A DNA stretch of 64,000 bases from assembly GCF_021869535.1 (NCBI RefSeq), contig NW_026262723.1:3472001-3536000 (forward strand), read 5' to 3'. Each line of letters opens with the position of its first letter. Within the stretch, counting starts at the first letter, position 1. The DNA is from Mytilus californianus. Lineage: Eukaryota. Positions 50,881 to 63,070 of the stretch are shown here, piece after piece. The notes below the pieces were generated by a model, which was given only the letters and a program-made list of their open reading frames with translations, was not told the DNA's origin and searched no databases. A program made the translations under genes and the position numbers.

Positions 50881-53800
50881 TGCAGAAGGATGTATGTATT
50901 AATGGGACCCATTCCGAAAAGTTTGGATTGTTTATGGAAAGAACATCAACAATATACCTATTTGTGAAATTAAATGATCTCGCTTTGATCTTGTTTTTTA
51001 CAAGTGTTTAAAGGAACTCAGACTCGTATGAAAATAAGAAAAGTCGACCAGTTGAGGTGGACAGACTTTAGGTCTTAACTATGTATTGTAAATGAAATAT
51101 ATTGTGAAACTTCTAGTTTTGAACATTCCAAGGGAGAAAACTCCTGTTAAATGTAACTTTATCCCTCTGTACAAAAAACCTATTAAGGCATGTCTCAACT
51201 CATAGAAAACCTTTTGTTTGTCGATATAAATAACGGGATTAGCAAGAACAAGCAAAAGTAAAATATTCTAACAAGACTTTGACCTTTGATCTCATTTTCA
51301 ATTTGTTGGACCGAAGACCTCAAATAAAAAAACACTAGATCTCTATCACTTATGGTTAACTAGTTACAAGTACATATTACTTATATCAAAAACATAAACA
51401 TGATAAAGGTAAATAACCCTCAGATGGAGTCTTCGAATTGCTTCGGTACAAATTATTTTCAAGCAACAAATTTGGGAAAATTATTTTTATTGTCTTGTGC
51501 GTTTTGGGGAGACAATTCCTTTAAGGAAAAGTGTTTTATAAAGCGTCAGTATCAAAAGTGTATTAGCACTTCGATATTATATACCAAATATCTACACGTA
51601 AGCAACATCTTGCGAAAGAACAAAAAAGTGCTGCCGAAAAAAACACAATTGCTAGATGCTTTGAAAAATCACGACTTTATTTTTTAGGTATATTTGTCTG
51701 TTGGAATCTGTGTCATCCATGTTCTTCAATTACTGCCATCCAGCAAAGAAATCTATTTTAAACATTTGAAGTTGATTAGAACACGACTACTTGCTACCAT
51801 TTACGGGGTGGACAAAAGAATGGTCGAACGGTTGGACAGACCACAAAATATGTCCCATACTATTGTTGTCAGGGCTTAAAACCTTAACCTAACCTAAGAA
51901 ATGGGAGACATGACGAATACACATCGACCAGAGACCAATTTGAAAACCAGTGGCAAATATGACATACACTGTATAACAAATGCTGAAAAAGTACATGTAT
52001 GATACCAAAGGGACAATCAAAGAATGAAAACACAGTGGGAAAAAACACACACACACACACACAAAAAGACAACAATAGTCCACATTAATGTGCACTTCAC
52101 AAACATCTGCAGTTTCAGCAACCCGAGTAGAATAAAATACCGCGGTGAACTAAAGTGCTACGGTAGGGTTAGCCGATCCTGTGCTACAAGTAGCACATGT
52201 CACGTTATCGAATTTAACATCTGTTAAGTAAGAGTACTTACAATTGAGGCTCGTACCATAGTTGGTTAGTTAATTTATTGCGTAAAACTCGAAGAAATTA
52301 CATATTCTCAAACCAGCGGTATTGGTACAATGTACTTTCCTGAAACATGTCGAAATGAAAAGCGAACAGTGTTTTTTTTCGGGACAAAAAATCGGAAGAA
52401 ACAACAATGACGTAAAAAAAATATAGCAACCAACAAATAATGAAATAACACAAACCTCATTTAAATTCATGTGCTCCAGATGGATACCAGTCGCACTGTT
52501 TTTGACAAGTAAAAGTCCAGTGACAAATTTATTGAGGATGCCATCAACGTGGAAAGGAGGCAGATATTTTGCGTACAACAAATGAAATTATGCATGGTAA
52601 TTTGTGAAAAAGAAACGTAAGACCTAATCATATATATAACGTGTCGAGAATAAACTTTATAAGAAAATTTCACTTATAAACTTTAAAAAAGTGGAAACTT
52701 AACAATTAGAAAGTTGAAGAAAATTCTTTTAAAAATATTCTGCTCAAATCAGTTTTAGAATTGACTTTCTGCAATGTTTCGATCTCTGATATTTTTTGTT
52801 TAATTTGACAAAGTAGTTCATGGAACAAAATGAAAAAAAATGACGCTTTCTTATCTTTTTGTGTGTTCGAGAAAAACGTTGTCAGGCCATCACATATACG
52901 TTTATGAAGCCTAAATATGAAGTAATACTGACTATACATATACAAGAAAAATCGTCTGGAAAATTGTGTATTTTCACATACATGGTTTTCAAATAATTGG
53001 GTTTGATCGTTCTTTGTAAAGCAAATCAAGAAAATCAGAAGAACTCACAAAATATATATAGTATTATTTTCTTTATAGGAAAATGAGGTGTATCACAAAA
53101 GTTATTGTTTGATGGTGTCCTCACTTATAAAAGATGTGAACCTCAAGTTCAGTGTTGAAGACCTGCAATCAATTGTTATTACAATGTATAAACAGCATCA
53201 ATAATGACGCTTAAGTGATTCAAAGGATATCATAGGATTTTATTTACATGTACATTCACCCATTGTACGCTCTTTCGAAGATAAACATATAAGCATCTTT
53301 TTCGTTTTTGCCATAGCAATTTCAATTTACTTTCAATTTATAAGTTTGATTGTCCCGCTGGTACCTATCGCCTCCCTCTTATCCTTTACTACGAATAAAC
53401 AGTTATGTAGGATGTATATCAGGGAAACAGGAACGATAATATCCAACTTTTTGATAATGCTAAAACAATGGTTACAGTCTTGTTAGTGGTAATACAGTTC
53501 TAGATTATTCCGTATTCATGTCGGGCTCTTCCTGATAAGTTGAAAAAAATCCAGACAATATCATTGCCGAAAAGAAAAACGGCGAAAAGACGAACAAAAT
53601 TTCCAGAAAAACAAACATAAATATGATAAACTAAAGCAACAGAAATCTCTGTAAAAACTTTTAAAATATATTGTACTAAAACTAGGTAGAGTAAGGGAGT
53701 AAATCCAGTGGACAATCGACAATCATGTATCAAGTAAATCAGACTGCACAATAATAAAAAAGAATTAAAAAAAAAAAAACAACAAACAATAAACCAACAA

Positions 53801-53999
53801 AATACTGAACCACACGAACCACAACAAAAACTGGTGGTGAACAGAGGTGCTCCGGAAGTGTAGAATCAAAAACAACCTGCCCAAAGATTATATTGATTGC
53901 AGTGTTTAATTTCCTTTTTACATTCCAAAACAATCTACATATCAGTTTGTTTCGGAAACAAGCATTGTGCACATCAAAGTATTAATTAGTGTTATGGGT

Positions 54000-54195
54000 T
54001 TACATTCTAACACATGTTCTATATGACAACATTTCTGTACATGAACTGATAAATGTTCTAATTTATGTCCTAACAAATGTTCTATATAGCAACATTTCTC
54101 TTCATGTACTGATAAACGTTCTAATTCATATTCTAACAAATGTTCTATATAACAACATTTTCTCCACTTTTACTGATAACTGTTCTGATTTACGT
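54000..54195. repeat. 63-bp tandem repeat (x3) upstream of CTL-B
   Basis: CTAACA(C/A)ATGTTCTATAT at 54007, 54070 and 54133. Confidence 0.85.
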
Positions 54196-54332
54196 TCCTA
54201 GTGTTCATATGGGATGTTTACTTTGGTTTTGGTGCGAATTTGACACCCACATTCTAACCTGTCTGCAGTTGCCATTCACATTCTAAAACATTCTGACATT
54301 GAAATCACGATATTTGATACCAAGTCTTATCA

Positions 54333-54366
54333 AAATTGAGATAATTAACGAAAACTAGTATAAATA
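54333..54366 (+). promoter_or_regulatory. CTL-B core promoter: CAAAATTGAGATAA plus TATA box (54359-54366)
   Basis: Conserved with CTL-A despite diverged surroundings. Confidence 0.55.
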
Positions 54367-54418
54367 TCGCCTTATTAAATGCAACAAGCAGTATTAAACT
54401 GAAACATTATCTTATAAA

Positions 54419-57400
54419 ATGTCTCCTGTTTTGATAAAACTTCTTGTTTTGGCAGTTGTAGGAACAGCTGGTAAGCGTAATTATATATTTCATTTAATGA
54501 ACTGCCTTTTCAAGCTTTTAAAGATATACGTATATCACGTATATCTTATAACAAAATACTGATGATTACAGCTAAATAATAGTTCATTTCCTGTTTTTTC
54601 CTCGATGGAAGACACTAAAGTAGAACCTATGACAAACATGATGATTTAAAAATGTTTACTTCTCATTTCTCAACAGTAATATATGCTCTGTTCCAACTTA
54701 TGACGTTTACACATCTAAGCTAATACATTACACTCGTGCACGCTCCAAAGATACGAACTTCATTGACATAAGTGTGCTCCTTACACAAAAAACTAAACCC
54801 TCAGACTGATGAGGAAGAACGATTGAAATCCATATCAAATAAGTTTTATAGTCACCATTTTGAATCGGTCGACTGATATGCAATATCTGTGTCTCAACTC
54901 ATTTGCCACATGTCTGTGTTTCAACTCATTAGCAAAATGTCTTTTTCTCAATTCATTAGCGACATGTTTTTAAAGTCTTAGATCTTCAGCTACCGGAATA
55001 GCTGTTTAATCTGTAGTTGTACCGATGGTGTCCTATTCCCGTTGATGACATTTTGAGTGACTGTTGCTTCGCATGGCGGAAGAAGCATGCGTATATTTGT
55101 AGTAGGAGACGCCTACCCTGTCGACGCCTAATACCTCAATCATTATCGTGATGATGCAATTCAATTAGTTTGTTTTGGTTACCTTTGTTTCTTCTCGATG
55201 AAAGATATTTGAACTACTGTCGCCTTAGCTTGTCTTCATTATACAGATTATTTTTGTAATTTACACATTTACACTTCTTTGTTCAATGATGTGACACATA
55301 CTAATTCAATATTATTACTATTTCAGTATTTTGCACATGTCCAAATGGATGGAATCATTATGAAGACAAATGTTTCTTTCTAAGCCGGGACAATGAGACG
55401 TTTGGAAATTCTCTGGTGAGTTGAGATAATGATCAAAAGGTCTGAAATATACTAACATATTTACTACGTTTAAATCGTTCTTTTGTTTGAAATAACTTTC
55501 TCATCAGATTAAACAGTTTGATGGTAACCGCCAAGTAGCTGACGGGTCGATTAAATACATGTCAAGCTATAATTTGTTATCAATTACTAGACTTAGTACT
55601 CCGGAAGGACAAGGTGACCTGTGATGTCGTAATTTAGCCGTTTTGTTTTGATTTTATAAAACGGTTCTATTATATGTATTTGTCTTCCCAATTCGTTGTT
55701 GTTGTACGCACTTGATGAAGTTGTTTTTCAATTGGTGAGACCCAAAATTACAAGACAGGTAAATAAAGGTCGTATGAAGGTCCCTTAGATTTTTAAAATC
55801 ATTACATCCATCATATAAAAAAAAAAACCTGATGCTATAACGTTTAGCACAAAATGTGTGTCTGGAATAACTCTAACAAGTATATTTAACTGCTAAGAAA
55901 AACAATATAAATAAGGTTAAGCATTGACTACATTGTTTATTGGGGTAATTTATAAACAGATAATCAACCTTTAACTTTGTGATATGCCTAGGAGGGATAT
56001 GGAAAGAAACATGAACATTTCAATTCCATCATGGGAATCTATTCAAATAGTACTATGTTTACAAACTATATTTATTTAATATTTACAATAATGTGGATTC
56101 ATTATTATTCGTTGGATAGCAATTTTCGTGGATTTCGTGGTTATATGTTAACCACGAAATTAAAAATTCAACGAATGGCAAATTTACTATAGGCTTGTAT
56201 GCAGATATTGTCAAAAACCACGAAATCAAATATCCACGAACATGCAAGTTTTCCTTAATACACGAAAATTGGTACCCACGAAAATAAATGAATCCACAGT
56301 AACATTTATTTTTTTGCAGATGCTCTGTGAAGTAATTGGGCGCCAGTATGGAAGATCTGCGTCTTTGGCTACCGTTGATGATGCCAAAACACAACAGTTT
56401 CTTACAGATTTAATGATCAAAATAAGTAAGAATAAATTGGCAACATGTATTATAACTATAATGATCCAAAACTTTTCAGTCCCTCTTTCTTGCTAAAGAT
56501 TTTTATGATTTAAGGGAATCATAACTATTGTTTTTATGCAGCAAAGCTTGGTTGTCGTAAGATCTAAAGCTTCGTCTTGTTAGGCTCTATATGGTAATTG
56601 GGATTTTGATATAAATACTTCATGTACACGGGAGTTTATCTGCATGTATGTAAGACATTAAATCTGTGTTTTTCTAATCGTCAAAAAAGTCCGTTATAAA
56701 CTTAAAAAAAAAAAAGAGAGCGTATTATCTGTTGAGAATCTATTACTTAAGAAGGTTTCAATTATTAATCACTTTATTGGCTGCATTTAAAAAGAATTTA
56801 ATTTACCAACATGCTGTAAAGCATAAATCTTATTGTTCAAAGTAGAAGACCTTCAGATACAACAGCAATAAAACCACTTTTATGAAATGAGCATTTCTGT
56901 GTATTTTACACAATGTTTTATGGGCATAATTTTTCTGTACATTTTTTGCTTTTCCATGTATCAGATATTTATTCGGAAAATATAAAGTCAAAGTCGAAAC
57001 AAAACACACACAAAACCAACCAAAGGGAGAAATAAACAGATATAAATCAACAGCGAACACACTCACATATCTATATCTCCCACAATAAGGTCGACATGGG
57101 ATGCTGAAATCTTTCTCATTTACACTTATACCATTAGTTGGAAATCAAAGGAAATCTTATACAGAAATATAACTTCATACTGTTTTCATGCTATGCTGTT
57201 CACCCGTTTGTCAGAATCAAGCACTATTTAGCATAACTTAGATAACAACGGAAGTTTGTGAATAGATATTTCGTTATATGAACTATCCATGTTTGTTAAT
57301 ATAAAAAATGTTAATCTATCTCAAAGTCATTTTCCTTTGTTTAATCAGATTCCATTGGAATGTACATAGGATTAAATGACCTTGTAACTGAAGGGACATT

Positions 57401-57581
57401 TCATTGGATAGCCAATGGTAAGCAGGCAACATACTTTAACTGGGGACCTACACAACCAAACAACAGAGGAGGAAACGAAAATTGTGTAGCTATGCGAGTT
57501 GATCCAGTTATAGGCTTCAATTATTCTTGGACAGATGGTCCTTGCACAGTACCAACCACCTACATTTGTGAAATGGTGTAA
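54419..57581 (+). CDS. Secreted single-CRD C-type lectin B, 159 aa; join(54419..54470,55327..55415,56320..56425,57349..57581)
   Basis: Exon sizes (52/89/106/233) and phases identical to CTL-A; canonical splice sites; open frame. Confidence 0.95.
56089..56301. mobile_element. Tc1/mariner-type MITE in CTL-B intron 2
   Basis: TIR TGTGGATTCATT / AATGAATCCACA; TA at the right end; internal CCACGAA repeats. Confidence 0.7.
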
Positions 57582-58585
57582 GTATTATTCCAAAGAAATC
57601 GAATGAATTTTAAACTGTGATTTTCAGCACTGCAAAAATGTATCATTAAAACTTTTATTTTCAAAGTATTGTTATGTAATGTACAAGCGCCATCTAAATC
57701 AGTTGATCATTTATACCAGGCTTAAAAAGTGTGTACGCCTGGCGCGTTTCGTCTACAAAAGAATCATCAGTGATGCTTGGATCACAAAAGTCAAAAATGG
57801 CCAAATAAAGTACAAGTTGAAGAGCTTGAAGCACCATTAGCCATTGATAATAATTGCTTTGAAGAAAAGTTGTTCTTCTTTTACTGATTGACCTAAATAA
57901 CAAAACAGACAAACTAGATCGTTAGTTGGATATTTAGAGTATACTGTTATTACACAGAGGTCAACCAAATATATCATGTCGCCTTTCTTAAACTTAAACA
58001 AAAGATGACCTCAACCTTAAAATTAGTATAAAGATAAGCAGAAAAGGTATCATTGCCAATGAGACAAATGTCCACAAGAGACGATATTAATAAGCAACTA
58101 AAGGTCACCGCTTTCAACAATGAGCAAAACCTATACAGCTTAGCAAGGTATAAAAGCCGCCAAAATGACATGTAAAACAATTCAAACGAGAACCATTATG
58201 GCCTCATTAACGAAAAATTAATATAATATAAAAACAAAGAAGGGCAATCACATGAATTACAAGCATATGACTAGGGTTAAGCGCCTCGTTGTTCATTTGT
58301 CAGTAGTAACTTCTATTTAAAAAAATCCCCAAATTTAAAAGATCATTAATATTTATTTTCAAATATCTTTTTATTTATTTTAGGGCAGCAGATATTGGAA
58401 ACCTTCTCGGATAGGCGTAATTGTCAGAAATTGTTTTACATTTTACATGTCAGTTTATTTATTATAAATATATATATATACCTAAATTCTTCTGTTGATT
58501 TTATTTGATATTTTGTTATATGTAAATTGCTTGATATTGGGAGAGACCATAGAGTCAAATGGATTCTCTTCATATTGATAATACC

Positions 58586-58616
<31 letters not shown>

Positions 58617-61107
58617 GAGAGAGAGATTAATCTTCAGTTATCTTTTATCAATTAACCTCGTAGTCTATTACCTCAAAGCCGTAGCCGACTAACGTGAAAT
58701 GTGTAGATCCAGAAAATACTGTAACCCTGACTTCCATTTTTATTGAAAGTAGACAAAATAATATAAATTTACAGATGATGCAACAATAAACTTCTGTAAT
58801 TTCTGGGAAATCCATCAGAATTTCTATATCATTTAAAAAACAATGGACCACTGAAAGGAATTGATACTCATTACGACACACAAAAACACAGAATATTCAA
58901 ATGGTCTTCCAATAAACATTACAATAAAATTCAGCTCCAGTATGTTGTTTGATGGAATGGATGGAGATTAACAGAACACACAATATACACCGAAACACCA
59001 GATATAACTTCTAGTTCTAACACTTTTCCTAATCTATACCCAAACACTATCTAATTTCTGATATGAAAAGCATGTAATCAGAATAATCCATAGGTTTGAT
59101 TTACAATAGCGAGTAATGGTACATATAAGTTTTATTTAAAACATTTCGAAAAAGGAGCATTATTGTGGAACATTAACACTGACGGTTTTTTGCGCGCTTC
59201 CTATACAAAAGCCTCACCACTGACGGTCGAATCCCAAGAATTAAAAAAAGAGAAATGAAATACGAAGTTGAAGAGCATTGAGAAGATAACTTATCTTTCA
59301 TAGAATTCAAAAATACCTAACTAATCCTACATAAATGAATTAAGGTCGGAAATAAGCGACCTCTAGTTTGCTGAATACAGTTTCCGGTGTAAATTGATAG
59401 CTAAGTATACACTGATTTCTATAATATATGGTTTCTATATTTTGTCACAAAGTAAGGGAGCTTATTTACAATTTCCGGTTGGAAGTTACAACGACCGATT
59501 TGATATAATAGGTTACTGCATATAGATTCCAAATATAATTGGTTGCTAGATGTTTTTACATAAAATTAATGCAAAAAATAGCTATATCATGTTTACAGAA
59601 GGTCAGTATTGTAGATTACCTTTCAAGATCATATGTCTTCCAATCTAATTCAAAGGAACCAATTGCTTTATTATGTTTAAATATCAAATTAAAGCAAAGG
59701 TCCAAATCTACAACGTCAAATTCATCTTCTATCTTGACCTTAATTCTATGTTCACAAAGCAAGGATCTCATATTCAAAATGTTTAAATAATAAATACCAA
59801 ACTTAAAGTTAAATTCAAAACCGGAGTAGGTTCATGAAACATGACCAAAATCAAACGTCATATAACGACTATATCAACCAACACATCGAACGGCGAACAA
59901 CTGTAGGATTACTAACTTGGTACAGGCAATGTCCGAAAAAATGGTGGGTTAACCTGGTTTTATTGATAGGTAAACCTCCTACTTGTATGACAGTTGTTTC
60001 TAGTCCCTTTATATTTCCAAAATGGGGAGCAACCGTAACAGACTAAATATGTTAATATGACAATTGTTGGGATTTTGTGTAAACAATCATCACATAAGGT
60101 TGATTGGTTTGAACTTTTGATTTTGCCATTAAATAAAGGATTTTCCGTTTTAAATGTTCCTTGGAGTTCGGAATTTTTGCTATTTTACTTATACAACACG
60201 ATTAACTAAAATGTCCAAACAAACAAACATATAAAGCTTATGAATAAGTCAGCTATTTTGTTTTACTGTAGTTAATAGTAAATCTGACAAAGACGCCAAT
60301 AATAAAAGTAATTGTAGTTGATAGTACATGCAGGATATAAAAACATAATGCCGTACAGTATACATTTCCTGATAAAGTACGAATTATGTAAAATATAAAT
60401 ACAAGGATAAACAAAATGAAAACAACATTGTATATACCTTATGGGTCCGAATTGCACCTCTGCACCCACTTGCACCAGGAACGCAAAAAGCCAAAAACCC
60501 GATTGCTGAATAGACGTAAAAGGACCAAAAAGGAACATTATAGCATAAAAAAAAAAATGATGGGAAAAATGTAATGAAATAAAAAGATAAACATTTGTAG
60601 CACCTACAATCCAAAGACCATCTTGTATTATTTGTGAAGGAGACACTGAATATTTATGTATAAGGTCTTGATACTTTCCGATGACCTGTTCAGGAAAATT
60701 ATGAAACGTGGAGTTTTGTCAATACAAATATCCAAGATCGATCGAAACAATAAATACGTTCTGAAACAAAATATAGCAACAAACAATATATATGTATAAA
60801 ACAGAAGAAACAAAAATCACCGCTTAACCTAACACAAATTTTAGGGTAAACTAAAGTACTGGAGAACTGAGAGTTCTGCCAACCTTTCACTTTTGATCAT
60901 TTTTTCTACAAAATGGAAAATTAAAGTATGTCATCAATCTATTTATAAAATAAGTAAGGAACCGGTTCCAACCAGTTTTCATAAAACACCCTAAACCCTA
61001 GTGAGAGTTCTGTCCCACTATGCAGAAATGTGTTTTTTTCAAAAAGGAGTGAGAGGGGTTGAAATTGAAAAAAAAGAAGAATAAAAGACATAGGTATAGT
61101 AAGTAAA

Positions 61108-63070
61108 ATGAATACGAATGTTGTTGAAACGGTATAACAGTTAAGAAGTATGGCTAAAAATGCTGGTCTTCTAGGTACTCTAGAATGAAGAAAGATGAGC
61201 TGGTAGAGTTGATTGAAACAAAGACGGAACAAACATTTAAGCGTATTCCTAAACCAGCGTCATGATCGTTGAAAAGGTTGAAAGGTGTAGGAAGATTACC
61301 TATAAATCAACTGTTGACAAAGGTAGGTGAGAAAATCAAGAAAGATCAAGAGTCCATGATTCGGGTACATGAACCCATTAGACCCATAAAAGGTGTATTG
61401 ACTACCTGGAAAATGACATCGGATGTAGAAATGGACATCCAGACCTTTCTTGAAGTAACACAAGGGAAAAGGATGGACATAAATTAATGTGGTGTTACAC
61501 TGTATTTTCTTGAAAATCAACCCCACAGGTAAAGAGGACGATGAGAATGAGAGACACTTCAATTCGGGAAATCGAACTATAACCGAAGCCACCGACCTCA
61601 TTGAAACTTTGAAAGAGATGGACCTAAAGATCGGAAAAAAGATTGCCGAGTGGACTTCTGAGAAGAATGGGTGGACATTGTGAAGGAAATCGTGAAATTA
61701 CAACTTAACATCAACAAACACACACAGTTATCTGGTTTGCAGTATGTAGATTTACCAAAATGGATCAAAGACAAGACAGCCGTGATTAATGTTCAAAACA
61801 AAGATGATAAGTGTTTTAAATGGGCAATACTTGCTGCCGTGCATCATGAGGAGGTAGACCAAACGAAAACACAAAGGGGGACTCAGTACTGTAGATGGAA
61901 CAATGAACTACACCTAAAAGGATTAGAATTCCCCGTAAGCCTAAAGGATATTAGCAAGTTTGAGAAAATCAACCCTTCCTTGGCAGTCAATGTGTATGGA
62001 ATCAATGATGACAATGAGAAACACACACTACGATATTCAGATTTTGCTGAAAAGCGGGATAGAGACAATCAATTGTTGCTGATAGAAGGTGAAGGTAAAA
62101 GACATAAGTGTTGCATAAAAACATGTCTAGCATGTCTAGACTACTGTCGAATCAGATCTCGGATCATAACGGTAGACTTAAATTTTGCTACAAGTGTCAA
62201 TGCCACTTCCACAGCAAAGAGGTATTGAAGGAACATAATATAGTATTGCGTAAACCACAAGGCAGTTAAGATCAAGATGCCGGTAAAGGAGCCTACCAAA
62301 GCTTTGTGAACCACGCCAGTTCGACGAAAGTTCCTTTCTCGGTTTATGTAGACTTTGAGTGCTTTATCGAAAAAGTAGAATCCAAACCAGTGGAAACCGT
62401 TGCAGACAAACCACACACCAGAATGTATCAAAACCATATACCATCGGGATTTTGGTATTACATTAAATGCTTTGATGAAAGTGTCTTTACTAAGGCGCCG
62501 GTACTTTATTCTGTGCAAAAAGAAGGAGAAGATGTGGCGCAGATTTTTGTTGAAGGACTTGAGAAAGATATCATAGTCATTTACTCCGAGAATGACTTCA
62601 AAAAACCAATGGTGATGACTACGGAAGATAAGAGTGATTTTAAGGCTGCCACACAGTGCTGGCTCTGTGACAACGCTTTAGGAAAGGACAAAGTCAGAGT
62701 TCACTGTCACTTCACCGGTAAGTATAGAGACGCAGCGCACAACGAGTGTAACTTGAAGAACAAAGTACCAAAGTTTATATCCGTGTGTTTTCATAATCTA
62801 GCTGGGTATGACATTCATCTTTTCATTAAGAATTAATGTGTAACAGAGGGACCAATTACATGTATTCCCAACACCGATGAAAACTACATTTCATTCACCA
62901 AAGGTATTCAAGTAAGTGAATACAAAGCAAAGGATGGTAACATGAAACCACTGTACCAATATTTGAAATTTGTATACAGCTTCAAATCTATGAGTACGAG
63001 TTTTAGAAAAAAAAGTAAAACCAACCACTCGTGAGGATTTTAAAAATATGGAAAAAGTGTTTGGTGACCT
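61108..63070 (+). pseudogene. Protein-primed family-B DNA polymerase, N-terminal half, of a Polinton/adintovirus-like element (frameshifted)
   Basis: N-terminal HeH/Rho_N-like helix pair; GWTL..LNINKH.QLSGLQYVDLPKWIKDKTAVINVQNKDDKCFKWAIL; FPV..KDISKFEKINP.LAVNVYG; Zn-finger-like FCYKC..FHSKEVLKEH; ExoI YVDFE; EndoVII-like CWLC..RVHCHFTGKYRDAAHNECN; ExoII FHNLAGYD. Confidence 0.85.

Noticed and set aside
60930-61100. Left terminus (TIR or AGT repeats) of the Polinton-like element
   Set aside because: No (AGT)n or (AG)n terminus or TSD could be identified; the boundary is only approximate.
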